DNA of 59,184 nucleotides from a virus (IMGVR_UViG_3300025133_000115:1-59184), one strand, 5' to 3'. Counted from the first letter of the stretch, positions 46,135 through 55,175 are shown. Notes: generated from the letters alone by a model not told the origin. Translations and numbers: made by a program.

Positions 46135-46941
46135 ATGCTTCTCCGAAAAGGAAGTAGAGGCGACGACGTAAAAGAGGTCCAGAAGCTTCTGAACGACAAG
46201 GGCTATGGCCAGATTGGCGTTGATGGGATCTTTGGCAGCGGGACAGCAAAGGCCGTGAAGCGCTTCCAGGCCGCGTCTGGCCTTGGTGTGGACGGCATCG
46301 TTGGTCCAAACACCCTGGACACGCTCAGGACTGAGGAGGAGGCCAAACAGCCGGAGGTTTCGGATGATCCTCCACCTATTATCGGTGTGCTGAAAGCCAA
46401 GGGTTATGATGTCTATACTGATGGTCAGATCAACATCATCGGTGTCCGCTCTAACAACCCCATTTCCAACAGCTTTGATGACGAGATGCATTTGGTGTGG
46501 GTGAAGAACGGATTGTGGCAGCACAAGAAGTACCGGATCACAACTGATCCTGGGACGTATTGTTTGCAGCATCCAGAAGTCTACGGTCGTGCAGCAGGCA
46601 CAGCTATCATGGTTCCAGGCCAGTACCGTGCATACAAGTGGGACATGCACCGTGGAAAATACGAAACGCTATGTCAAAGAGCCTCGACGATACGAGTATG
46701 GCGCGACGGGAATCGCGATAATATACTTGACTTTGGTCATAATGATGACCTTGGTGTTGAAGGCTGGTACGGGGTGAATTTGCACCACGCAGGGACTAAT
46801 TCAACACGGGTAGACAAGTGGTCTGCTGGCTGCCAAGTTTTTGCACGCCTCGCAGATTGGTCTGAAGCTGTTAGAATCTGGAAAGCGTCCGGTGCGGAGC
46901 TATTTACTTATACGCTCATCACCGAGGACGATATTTCTTAG
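46135..46941 (+). CDS. Endolysin: peptidoglycan-binding domain plus L,D-transpeptidase(YkuD)-like catalytic domain
   Basis: LRKGSRG..V..VQ..L...DGIFG..T..AV..FQ...DGIVG..T; catalytic-type H...SAGC motif (NLHHAG...WSAGCQ). Confidence 0.8.
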   Translation: MLLRKGSRGDDVKEVQKLLNDKGYGQIGVDGIFGSGTAKAVKRFQAASGLGVDGIVGPNTLDTLRTEEEAKQPEVSDDPPPIIGVLKAKGYDVYTDGQINIIGVRSNNPISNSFDDEMHLVWVKNGLWQHKKYRITTDPGTYCLQHPEVYGRAAGTAIMVPGQYRAYKWDMHRGKYETLCQRASTIRVWRDGNRDNILDFGHNDDLGVEGWYGVNLHHAGTNSTRVDKWSAGCQVFARLADWSEAVRIWKASGAELFTYTLITEDDIS

Positions 46942-46949
46942 GAGTTAGA

Positions 46950-47177
46950 ATGGAAAAGCTAAAAGAACTGTGGAAGAAGCTCAATCCAAGAGTTGCACTG
47001 ATTGGTGGGGTTGTCGTTGTCTCGACCAGCTTAGGCACTTGTCACCTTATGGATGATGCTGAAGAAATCCCTAACGCCGTTGAGGAAGCACCCGCAGAGG
47101 AGGCTCCCGCCCCAAAAGAAGAAACGGCCCCATCCGAAGATGAAGCCGCTCCAAGTGACGAGGCTGAGCCAGCCTAA
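46950..47177 (+). CDS. Membrane-anchored or lipoprotein-like small protein
   Basis: Basic N-terminus, hydrophobic stretch ending LGTC, acidic disordered tail. Confidence 0.65.
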   Translation: MEKLKELWKKLNPRVALIGGVVVVSTSLGTCHLMDDAEEIPNAVEEAPAEEAPAPKEETAPSEDEAAPSDEAEPA

Positions 47178-48007
47178 CTTTCTGCTGGCTCTTCATTAAG
47201 TAGGACTGTTCTAAGTCCGTCCATGCCATCCGATGCGTGTGCTGTTGTCGGGGAACCACTTGTTGAAACAGTGGCCTCGATAATGTCAGTGTTGTAGTGC
47301 GGGTTGTCCCCATCGATCTCAATAGCTGTTGCCATTTCGACAGACATTGGGACCGCTCCACCATTGAACAGGGCGCGGATAGCGCTCTTACGCGCCATTC
47401 TGGCATAGTCGTCAACCCATGGTCCAGTTCGCCCGCCTCGTGAGCGCTTCTTGATTCGATCAATGTCGTTCTTCCACAGCACTTCAAAGTACTGGCCACC
47501 ATCTTTAAGAACAACAACGGCATAGGCGGCAACAACGTTCTTGTCTTCACGGTCAACCTCTCCACGAACCACATGGGTAATGTCAGGTTGTAGCCCAGCG
47601 GTTACGGCAAAGGGTTCTCCTTGGTACACAACGCGAGCATCAAGCCACTTGACTTGACCGCTACGTCGCGCAAGCTCAAGCATTCCCTTGTAGCCAATGA
47701 TTGGAGTACAGGTCTTTCCTCCTGCTCGTTTGTCATTGAATGGAATGAAATACATGTGCCCAAGCATTCCGCCTGGTTCCAGGCCGATCTGCGCTGACAG
47801 CATGACTGATTGAGCGATTGATTTGAACGAGCACTCCAGCAACGCTGGCGTGTTGTGTGCTTCAATCATCAATACCTTCGCCATTCGTTCTGATGTTAGG
47901 TGTTTTGGTAGCACCTCCATCAACTCTGGCTTCATCTTTTCGACCAAATCTTTAAACTTGACCATTGGTGTAGATTCTTTCTTCTGGATTTCCTTACTAA
48001 TTGGCAC
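47174..48007 (-). CDS. recT: RecT-family single-strand annealing protein
   Basis: LPKHL..ERM, L.EC...S, GLEP...G..Y.IP, IIGYKG..ELARRSG, PW......MARKS. Confidence 0.95.
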   Translation of the reverse strand: MPISKEIQKKESTPMVKFKDLVEKMKPELMEVLPKHLTSERMAKVLMIEAHNTPALLECSFKSIAQSVMLSAQIGLEPGGMLGHMYFIPFNDKRAGGKTCTPIIGYKGMLELARRSGQVKWLDARVVYQGEPFAVTAGLQPDITHVVRGEVDREDKNVVAAYAVVVLKDGGQYFEVLWKNDIDRIKKRSRGGRTGPWVDDYARMARKSAIRALFNGGAVPMSVEMATAIEIDGDNPHYNTDIIEATVSTSGSPTTAHASDGMDGLRTVLLNEEPAES

Positions 48008-48009
48008 GG

Positions 48010-48945
48010 TTACCTCTTTTTGTGTTTGATGTCTAAGCGAAACATACGCTTAGGATTGGAGTGTTTGGTTAGCTTCTTTGCGATCTCTGGAAACTCTTCT
48101 TTCAATCTCTTGGTATCAATGGACGCCCGCCCTTTTTGGAGCTTCCAAGTTGCTTTTCCGCTGCCGGTGTAGAGCCCTGCTGACTCTCCGATACAGGCTT
48201 TTATTTCGTTCTGCAACTTCGACTTTGTCGATTCCAATTGCTTGAGCTTAGACTGGACAATGTCCAACTCAAGCATCAAGTCTTCCTCGTCGATGGTAGC
48301 GCTTCTCATCTCAATTGCATCTTTAGGAAACTTGTCCTGTAGATACTTTGATGCCGCGTTGGAACCATCCATGTCGGGTTGTTCACCTTTTACTATGTGC
48401 TTCTGCCACCAGTCTCCAGCAACCTCAAGGAGACGGTTCTCCACAGACATATCCCTATGCACTGTGTACATTCTAAACTCGTCATTAATCATAAACAGGG
48501 CAGCATAATCACAACGATCCATGTTCTTACATGCCATGTACCAAGCGCCTTGGGTGGCGTAGTAGACCGGGACTTTAGCTGTTCCCATTGCGCCCCAGTC
48601 ATCTGCGGAGCGGGCGCTCTTGACTTCCAATATAAATCGGGATACGTCGTCATCGACGTATCGATCAGGTGATGCCAACATCCAGGGATGTTTTCCCTCA
48701 ATCGGCATTTCTTCACCTGGGTGAAGATCGAAACCAGTGAACTCGCCGTACCATTGTGCGATGGCGTCTTCTAGAATCCTTCCACGCATCATGGCGTAGC
48801 TCTCTTCGCTCGGCTCTACAAGCCCCATCTTCTCAACCCAGACATCCATGGGTGTTCGCCATTTAGAAATACCAAGGATGGCCGCGATGTCCGACCCTCC
48901 AAGACCTTTACGTCTGGCTTTATGCCAGTCTATACTGTGGGACAT
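48010..48945 (-). CDS. YqaJ-like viral recombinase exonuclease
   Basis: W...RR.GLGGSD.AAILG.S.W.TP, ASPD, LEVKS, Y..Q..WYM. Confidence 0.95.
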   Translation of the reverse strand: MSHSIDWHKARRKGLGGSDIAAILGISKWRTPMDVWVEKMGLVEPSEESYAMMRGRILEDAIAQWYGEFTGFDLHPGEEMPIEGKHPWMLASPDRYVDDDVSRFILEVKSARSADDWGAMGTAKVPVYYATQGAWYMACKNMDRCDYAALFMINDEFRMYTVHRDMSVENRLLEVAGDWWQKHIVKGEQPDMDGSNAASKYLQDKFPKDAIEMRSATIDEEDLMLELDIVQSKLKQLESTKSKLQNEIKACIGESAGLYTGSGKATWKLQKGRASIDTKRLKEEFPEIAKKLTKHSNPKRMFRLDIKHKKR

Positions 48946-48966
48946 AGGTTGCCTCCTAATCTGCTA

Positions 48967-49167
48967 ATGGGCTATGATGTTTTCATGGTAAGGAAACTTG
49001 GAAATGCGGGCATTGCCCGTGCGGCAAAATATGTGAAGCGCCAGATTGATAACGGGGAAGACCCCCGGCAAGCCCTCGACAGAGGGCGAAGACTTGCCGA
49101 GGCTGGTCGCCTCTCGAAGACGGGCGATGTCATCCCTACTCATCCCGACGAGCATACTAAGACTTAG
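48967..49167 (+). CDS. Small basic hypothetical protein
   Basis: Fills the gap between two minus-strand genes; start uncertain. Confidence 0.45.
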   Translation: MGYDVFMVRKLGNAGIARAAKYVKRQIDNGEDPRQALDRGRRLAEAGRLSKTGDVIPTHPDEHTKT

Positions 49168-49738
49168 CCTTGGCTTTGCGGCCCTTGGTTGACTCTGGTT
49201 CGGTAACCTCGTCCTTGGCTTTGAGGCTAGCAAGCGTCTCGTTCACAGACATTTGTCCCTGTGCGAGAAGGGTGAGCAGTTCTGAAATCTGTGGATTGTC
49301 TTGCGGTGCCTCAGTCTTTACGTTCACGTTCACAACTGGCGCACCATTTTGGTATAGCAAATCCTCTCCTCCATTTTGGTCTCCCCAGCGGACACCCATA
49401 ACGAGCAGTGGGACTCCACTATCTTCCCGTTTTTCAAACTCAAAGCCGCATGGCTGCCAATCACCATTAGGTTGCTGATTAACAAGGGTTTTTTTCTGGC
49501 CATCAAGACATGCAGAAATCATGTTGAACCATGTCGATTCGTCCACTGCATTCAAGATGTTTGGAATGCGCCAACTCGAAATCATATCCTTTGTTCGAAA
49601 GGCTGGGTCAATTTCCTGAAGCGTCTTGGTAACCATTCGGCTTCCGATAGATTCAAGTAAAGACACATCGATAATTTTCTTTGTGGACTGAGGGCCGCCA
49701 GCTTTTAGGCTTTGCTGTTCTTCTGGAATGATATTCAT
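49157..49738 (-). CDS. Hypothetical protein
   Basis: 193-aa ORF downstream of a sigma70-like promoter. Confidence 0.7.
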   Translation of the reverse strand: MNIIPEEQQSLKAGGPQSTKKIIDVSLLESIGSRMVTKTLQEIDPAFRTKDMISSWRIPNILNAVDESTWFNMISACLDGQKKTLVNQQPNGDWQPCGFEFEKREDSGVPLLVMGVRWGDQNGGEDLLYQNGAPVVNVNVKTEAPQDNPQISELLTLLAQGQMSVNETLASLKAKDEVTEPESTKGRKAKAKS

Positions 49739-49787
49739 GATGTCACCATTGTATTAGATTAAAGGGACTAAAATTGTCCGCACCACA

Positions 49788-49816
49788 AACATGGTTCATT
49801 TTATGAGCCCTGTCAA
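49788..49816 (-). promoter_or_regulatory. Sigma70-like leftward promoter
   Basis: TTGACA-N17-CATGTT in the divergent gap. Confidence 0.5.
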
Positions 49817-49860
49817 TGGTGGGATTAGCTTTTGCGCCCACTACATGGTAGGTAACACAC

Positions 49861-50100
49861 ATGCAAGACAGGTCAAAGATTTTCGGTCAGAACCTACATT
49901 GGCTTATTGCCGTGTCTGGTAAGGGCATGCGAGAATTCTCTCGTGAGCACGGTATCAGCTATTCATTACTTAAGAAGTACACGTCCGGTTCAGTTCTTCC
50001 GAGACACAATCGAGTTGTATATCTATCGAATGTTCTTGGTGTTTCTCCGGGTTCGATGTTGTTCGATGATCTTGTTCCAGACATTGAGGAGGCTGTATGA
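49861..50100 (+). CDS. XRE/Cro-type HTH regulator
   Basis: F..NL...MREFS..HGIS...L.KY.SG...P......L...LGVS. Confidence 0.88.
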   Translation: MQDRSKIFGQNLHWLIAVSGKGMREFSREHGISYSLLKKYTSGSVLPRHNRVVYLSNVLGVSPGSMLFDDLVPDIEEAV

Positions 50101-50597
50101 TCTATCTTGGAGTGGACCCCGGCAAGGACGGCGCAATCGTCGCGCTTGATGAAAACGGAAAGGTCCACGCTTCTTGGATGACTAAACCCGAATTTACAGT
50201 TCGAGTTGGTAAGGGTTCCAAGCGTGAGTATGCCGAGTACCGAATGGCTGAGGCTATTCAAAGCTTGGTAGACAAGGACAGAGTATACGCGGTTGTCGAA
50301 AAGCAAGGTGCTCGTCCTGGCCAGGGGTCCGTAAGCATGTTGTCTATTGGATTAGGATGGGGCTTATGGCGGGGAATATTGGCCAGCCACGAGGTGCCAG
50401 TTATTAGCGTACACCCCAAGACATGGGTGAGTCGAATCCTCCGCGATGCTCCAGGTGTAGGAAAGAGCCGCTCGATACTAGTTTGCGAGCAGCGCGTACC
50501 TGATTTGGATCTACGGCCTGGACGAAGAACAAAGGCACATGATGGTTTAGCGGATGCTGCGTGCTTGGCGCTATTTGCACTGATGGAAATGCGATAA
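50097..50597 (+). CDS. RuvC-like Holliday junction resolvase
   Basis: YLGVDPG..GA, VVEK, V.P..W and DGLADA..LA motifs. Confidence 0.88.
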   Translation: MIYLGVDPGKDGAIVALDENGKVHASWMTKPEFTVRVGKGSKREYAEYRMAEAIQSLVDKDRVYAVVEKQGARPGQGSVSMLSIGLGWGLWRGILASHEVPVISVHPKTWVSRILRDAPGVGKSRSILVCEQRVPDLDLRPGRRTKAHDGLADAACLALFALMEMR

Positions 50598-50627
50598 CAA
50601 TCGGATTGTCACCGTTTGTCATCGCCC

Positions 50628-50655
50628 TTGACAGGTCTTTGTGCTCCGCTATTCT
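50628..50655 (+). promoter_or_regulatory. Sigma70-like promoter for the replication genes
   Basis: TTGACA-N16-TATTCT. Confidence 0.6.
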
Positions 50656-50657
50656 GA

Positions 50658-51629
50658 ATGCACTTTACTTTGGGATCGGCAAAAATGGTGGGCGAAACGG
50701 TTGATAAAACGTCGGGATTTGTTTGTGAGTCTGATGCGTGGCAAGTGCTCGCCAAGACTCTTTCAAAGCCGTGGATTGAAGAAGCTGTATCGATTGATCT
50801 ATCGTGGTGGCGCTCGCGGGAAGACCTAAAGATAGGTGCTCGTCCTGGTCGTCGTCGTTTGGCTAATCGGTGGGGATGGGCAGAGAGAAAAGCTCGACAG
50901 TTTATAGAGCAACACGACAACAAGCGTCCCACTTCTGTCCCAGTTTTGTCCCAGAAGAACAAGGTTCAAGATACGCAAGTACTTGAAATCACTAAGAGTG
51001 CGCGTCCCGCTCCCGTCCCAGTTTCGTCCCACCAAATGAATATTAAAGAGGTCTTTGATCTGTGGCACACGCTTCAAAGAAAGCGATCTGGAAGAACCAA
51101 CAAGATGACCGCTGGTCGTAAGCGCGTGTTGAGCGCAGCCTTGAAGGGAGGACACACGGCACAGGATTTGATGCTTGTGATTCACATGGCATTTGAGTAC
51201 CCAGATGGAGACTTCCTCGTCGATAGCTGGAGAAAGGGCGGGTACATGGACATCTCTAATCTTCTCAATCGAGAGAAGGTGGATCGTAATGTGACTCTTG
51301 CCAATGAAAGATGGGATGGGTCGGCATGGATTTCAGAGAGTCAAGACGACCATGAGCGCGACAAGTTGGGTGAGCGTGCATGGTCATCCTTGCTTCAAGC
51401 GGTTGGAGAGTGCGGCCAGGAGCCATCGAGGTTTAGTCGTAATGATCGTACCAATGAGGCAATCCTTGCAGGATTAGATTCAATCGGTGGCTGGTGCTCT
51501 CTTGGAGACGCTGCTGGAGAATATGCACGGTCTAAAATGAAGACCACATTCTGCGCCGCATTCAGAAAAGAACACAAGAACTTTAGGCAACCAATTCAAT
51601 TGATAAACGAGGCAACCATTGGGAAATAA
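50658..51629 (+). CDS. Replication initiator (lambda O-like organisation)
   Basis: N-terminal wHTH (R.LA.RWGW...K...F), iteron-bearing linker, VF..W...T..R..L C-terminal domain; directly upstream of dnaB; true start may be 50685. Confidence 0.75.
   Translation: MHFTLGSAKMVGETVDKTSGFVCESDAWQVLAKTLSKPWIEEAVSIDLSWWRSREDLKIGARPGRRRLANRWGWAERKARQFIEQHDNKRPTSVPVLSQKNKVQDTQVLEITKSARPAPVPVSSHQMNIKEVFDLWHTLQRKRSGRTNKMTAGRKRVLSAALKGGHTAQDLMLVIHMAFEYPDGDFLVDSWRKGGYMDISNLLNREKVDRNVTLANERWDGSAWISESQDDHERDKLGERAWSSLLQAVGECGQEPSRFSRNDRTNEAILAGLDSIGGWCSLGDAAGEYARSKMKTTFCAAFRKEHKNFRQPIQLINEATIGK
50924..51050. promoter_or_regulatory. Putative replication origin (iterons, IHF-like site, AT-rich flank)
   Basis: GTCCC at 50926/50937/50948 and 51004/51015/51026; CAAGTACTTGAAA at 50976-88. 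Confidence 0.7.
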
Positions 51630-53013
51630 AAAACCACCACTAACAGTCGAAATAGAACGATCATTGTTGGGTGCGATACTCTTAAACCATTCGCTTATGG
51701 ATGAAGTTGACGGGGTCCTATCGCATGATGATTTCTCTGTTTATTCCCACTGCAATTTATTTTCTTTATTCAAGAGCTTTTATAGACAGGATAAGTATTT
51801 TGATGCTTTGGTCGTCTGTCAGTTCGTTATTGATTCAAAAGAACCTAAGTATGGGAGCATAAGCTTGATCACCTCTTTGGGTGATATTGCTTGCGTGTCC
51901 GCAGTCATTCCTGAATACGCACGGATGATAAAGGAATATTCGATTCGCCGTAAGATGATGGTTGCGTCTGAGACGCTAATCGATAACTCGTCTGATCCAT
52001 CACTTGAACTCGATGAACTAATCGAATCGGCGCAGAACAACCTGTTGAACATCGCTGGAAACCAGTCTCAAACAGACTGGCATACCGGATCGGACATGGC
52101 GCTCGATGCGCAGAACAGGTGGGAGTCTCGTGTTGAGCAACACAAGAACCCAAGCACTATAAAACTGAAGACAGGGATACCTGATCTTGACAGAAAGCTT
52201 TGCAGTATCGAGCCTGGACTTATTCTGTTGGCGGCTCGCCCTTCAATGGGCAAGACAGCAATGGCTTTAAACATCGCTGTTGAGGCCCTGCGCTCCGACA
52301 TTCCCGTTGGGTTCTTCTCGCTTGAGATGGACAGGGGGGCGCTTATTGATCGCGTTGCTTCATCCTTATCTGGTGTTGATTCGAGCAAGATCAGAAGCGG
52401 TTCATTGAACTTGAACGACTGGAACAATTTAGACAGTAGCGCATTAGACTTTATACACAAGGCTCCCTTCTTTGTTCATGATGAAGCGGGCATCAGCGTT
52501 GCCAAGATTTCTGCTAAAGCGCGACGTCTCAAGTCATTGCGGCCAGATCTTGGCCTGATCATTGTGGACTACCTTCAGCTAATCAAACAGCCAAATGCGG
52601 AGAGTGCTGAACAGTCAGTGGCTCAAATCTCTACGTCAATGAAGATCCTTTCGAGGAACCTTTCCATTCCTGTTCTGTGTCTCGCACAGTTGAACAGGGG
52701 CTGTGAGGCACGAACCAACAAACGACCTAAGCTTTCAGACCTAAGAGGTTCAGGCTCATTGGAGCAGGATGCTGACGTGGCCATCTTTCTATACAGACAT
52801 CACTACTATGACCCAAAGGCAAGCGCAAATCATGCCGAAGCAATCATAGCAAAGCATCGAAACGGCCCTACTGGAACCGTTCTCCTTGACTGGGATGCCC
52901 AACACCAGAAGTTTTCTGATCGGATTGAAAGGATTGATTCGTACATAAAGCAGTCAGCTATGAGAAAGCGTGCAGACATTGATGATATTGGCGAAAGTGG
53001 ACATGATTGGTGA
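51619..53013 (+). CDS. dnaB: Replicative DNA helicase
   Basis: AARPSMGKT, FSLEM, VDYLQL, AQLNR, RP.LSDLR.SG.LEQDAD, KHRNGPTG. Confidence 0.97.
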   Translation: MGNKKPPLTVEIERSLLGAILLNHSLMDEVDGVLSHDDFSVYSHCNLFSLFKSFYRQDKYFDALVVCQFVIDSKEPKYGSISLITSLGDIACVSAVIPEYARMIKEYSIRRKMMVASETLIDNSSDPSLELDELIESAQNNLLNIAGNQSQTDWHTGSDMALDAQNRWESRVEQHKNPSTIKLKTGIPDLDRKLCSIEPGLILLAARPSMGKTAMALNIAVEALRSDIPVGFFSLEMDRGALIDRVASSLSGVDSSKIRSGSLNLNDWNNLDSSALDFIHKAPFFVHDEAGISVAKISAKARRLKSLRPDLGLIIVDYLQLIKQPNAESAEQSVAQISTSMKILSRNLSIPVLCLAQLNRGCEARTNKRPKLSDLRGSGSLEQDADVAIFLYRHHYYDPKASANHAEAIIAKHRNGPTGTVLLDWDAQHQKFSDRIERIDSYIKQSAMRKRADIDDIGESGHDW

Positions 53014-53042
53014 TACACTTTACTCCCACTTAGGAGTAAGTA

Positions 53043-53417
53043 ATGCCATTGAAACCATCCCTTCTTTCAAAGAGTCAAATTGAACAGTACCAGAAACAGG
53101 CTAAAAGTCCTGAGGCTGGTGAATACAATACCGGATCTCGTTGCTTACACAACAACAAAGGTGCTTGTCGCCACTGTAAACCCATTCGTGATTTGTTGGG
53201 CCATATCTATGCATTAGAGCTTAGTGGTACATCCGGCAGCGCGAAGGCGCTTGTAGGGTTTATTGATGTTGAAATCAAGCCTGGTGCTGACGGAAAGCTT
53301 GGCACCCCAGATGACATTGTAATAAAGAAGGCAGTTAAGAAAAAGCCTAAGAAGAAAGCAGCGCCTAAGAAGAAAGCAGCGCCTAAGAAGAAAGCAGCGC
53401 CTAAGAAGAAGGGCTAA
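53043..53417 (+). CDS. Protein with Cys/His cluster and histone H1-like PKKKAA tail
   Basis: C.H....C..C motif, GADGKLGTPDD motif, Lys/Ala/Pro repeats. Confidence 0.75.
   Translation: MPLKPSLLSKSQIEQYQKQAKSPEAGEYNTGSRCLHNNKGACRHCKPIRDLLGHIYALELSGTSGSAKALVGFIDVEIKPGADGKLGTPDDIVIKKAVKKKPKKKAAPKKKAAPKKKAAPKKKG
53345..53410 (+). repeat. 18-bp perfect tandem repeat (about 3.7 copies)
   Basis: GCCTAAGAAGAAAGCAGC. Confidence 0.95.
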
Positions 53418-53441
53418 GACTGGGAACCTACACCCAAAAAG

Positions 53442-53477
53442 CATGACACCCAGAGAGAAAAACCCTCTGGGTGCATG
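53442..53477. terminator. Hairpin between convergent transcription units
   Basis: CACCCAGAG/CTCTGGGTG stem. Confidence 0.5.
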
Positions 53478-53531
53478 TACACAAAGTCGTTAATTTAGAG
53501 GCAACCAAACTATCGACATTATTATTCTAAT

Positions 53532-53738
53532 CTAAATATTGTCGGTGTCAATCCATTTCCCCTCATCCTCCTTCTGGTTTGGGGAGTCCATTCTTGCGCA
53601 AAGGTGCCGAATCTCTTTCCACTTTGCCCACCATGCCTCGGCGTCTGCACGATCCTGCTCGTGCTTGCCATGCCCTTGTTGGCGGTAGACATGTGGCATC
53701 GCCTCAAGGATGCACCTCAGAAGTTCTTTTTCAGCCAT
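53532..53738 (-). CDS. Hypothetical protein
   Basis: Overlaps the FmdB gene stop; AGGT RBS. Confidence 0.6.
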   Translation of the reverse strand: MAEKELLRCILEAMPHVYRQQGHGKHEQDRADAEAWWAKWKEIRHLCARMDSPNQKEDEGKWIDTDNI

Positions 53739-53934
53739 GAGGTTTACCTGTTGGGGGGCTGGAGTTTAGCCCATAGCCGTCCCTGTACCAACCCTTTCCT
53801 TTGAGAGAGAAGGAGGTCTTAGAGATCTTCTTACGGGTCAACTTGCCGCAGCACTTAGGGGGAGGGTCCATGTGGCTTTGAATGACCTCAGTCTGTTCAC
53901 CGCATAGCGTGCATTCGTAATCATATATGGGCAT
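53731..53934 (-). CDS. FmdB-family zinc-ribbon protein
   Basis: MPIYDYEC..CG...IS...F.LKG.GWY..GY; AAGGAG RBS. Confidence 0.9.
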   Translation of the reverse strand: MPIYDYECTLCGEQTEVIQSHMDPPPKCCGKLTRKKISKTSFSLKGKGWYRDGYGLNSSPPTGKPHG

Positions 53935-54328
53935 TAGATTCTCCTTCAGATTCAAGGTATGGGTTTGACGGCATGGGCACAACGGGCCTACCAGGCAGCC
54001 AACACGTTACAAACGCACCACACTCTCGTGGCCACCGCCCCCAAACAAGTCCCACCTTTGGTGCTCTTGATCTAATTGATCGCTTTGGTGAGGTGATGTT
54101 TAGCAACGGGACGCCTGTATCCGAGACACCAATAACAGATAGACGTGCGCCTAACGCGCTTTCAAATGAGGCGACTACGCCGGAAAGCTTCGGGTCTTCT
54201 TGCCATGCTGACCAATACTTTGGCCGTGTTTTACGATTTTCTATACCCCTCTTAGCGAGTCGATCTGATATAAAGAAACCACGCCCGCCTGTTCTATCCT
54301 GCCTGCTTTCTTTGTTGCTCATGGTCAT
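53921..54328 (-). CDS. Hypothetical protein
   Basis: Start revised to MTMSNKE; ends overlapping the FmdB start. Confidence 0.55.
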   Translation of the reverse strand: MTMSNKESRQDRTGGRGFFISDRLAKRGIENRKTRPKYWSAWQEDPKLSGVVASFESALGARLSVIGVSDTGVPLLNITSPKRSIRSRAPKVGLVWGRWPRECGAFVTCWLPGRPVVPMPSNPYLESEGESNAHI

Positions 54329-54569
54329 CTCACTCTTTCCACAGATAAACACGACTGAACCCCTTAGGCAATCCTTTAGCGTGGGAAGTCGTGTAATGCT
54401 TGACGGACGACTAGGGGTAGTGCTGGATGCTGTTTGCCCTGTGTGCATGAGCATGGGCGCACCGTTCCCTCCATACATCCGGGTAATTTCTGGAACGTTT
54501 AAAGGGGCAACTTGGTGCAGTCGTTGTCAGTGGGTAAACATTGCAAGAGGAGGCAGGGCGGCGAACTAA
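54321..54569 (+). CDS. Possible small zinc-ribbon protein
   Basis: CPVC...CSRC and VGSRV.LDG..GVV in the 3' part of ORF 53973-54569. Confidence 0.45.
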   Translation: MVISLFPQINTTEPLRQSFSVGSRVMLDGRLGVVLDAVCPVCMSMGAPFPPYIRVISGTFKGATWCSRCQWVNIARGGRAAN

Positions 54570-54784
54570 TCCATCAAGCATAAGGAAACGATCCCCCCAA
54601 AAAAGTACGTTGCGTGGAACGTTATGCCAAAGCCTACTCCCATCGCTTGACTGTACTCCAAGCTGGGTTCCTTTCTTAAAAGAAGGTGACCTATGACCCG
54701 AGACATTAGCATAAAGGTGAGGATCGATAGTGGAAAGTAGAGTGCGCTTTGTGGAACACCTATCATTTGTTCATGCATTTTCAT
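54566..54784 (-). CDS. Small two-TM membrane protein
   Basis: Two hydrophobic helices; AGGAG RBS. Confidence 0.65.
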   Translation of the reverse strand: MKMHEQMIGVPQSALYFPLSILTFMLMSRVIGHLLLRKEPSLEYSQAMGVGFGITFHATYFFGGIVSLCLMD

Positions 54785-55175
54785 TCTCCTGGTTGAGTTT
54801 TCTTGGTATTACAGTTCCTGTCCCGTCTGGGCGAACAACAATCCAAAGTTCGTAACGAACGCCACGGTCTTTCCATGCGTCCGAGATCGCTCTTGCCCAC
54901 CGAATCACACCGTTCATCGTGAACTTCTGGCTGTTGATTGTTCCGGTTAATGATGATGTTACTTCACGGGCTGTCGCGTTACAATCAGCAGCAAACGTAA
55001 CGATGTTAGTGTCGTCTTGTATCTCGTACTGGACCATTCTCCAGGCTAACCAAAGCTGAACAACGATATAGTGAGTGGGTGTTATCGGAACGGCTTTGCC
55101 TTCCGCAACATCTAATGCTTTGCGCCAGGTAGGCGCGGAGGGGTTTCCAAATGGCATCGAAGGATAATCAGACAT
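54771..55175 (-). CDS. Hypothetical protein, possible HTH
   Basis: IVTFAADCNATAREVTSSLTG. Confidence 0.6.
   Translation of the reverse strand: MSDYPSMPFGNPSAPTWRKALDVAEGKAVPITPTHYIVVQLWLAWRMVQYEIQDDTNIVTFAADCNATAREVTSSLTGTINSQKFTMNGVIRWARAISDAWKDRGVRYELWIVVRPDGTGTVIPRKLNQENENA

Noticed and set aside
47174-50100. Lysogeny module
   Set aside because: XRE regulator and recombinase are present, but no integrase or partition genes occur in the window; lifestyle undetermined
50306-50848. 15-bp direct repeat AGGTGCTCGTCCTGG in the resolvase and initiator genes
   Set aside because: Both copies encode GARPG in frame; a single 15-mer match in 59 kb can arise by chance
2986-53013. Inteins or introns in terL or dnaB
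   Set aside because: Both proteins have normal length and contiguous motifs
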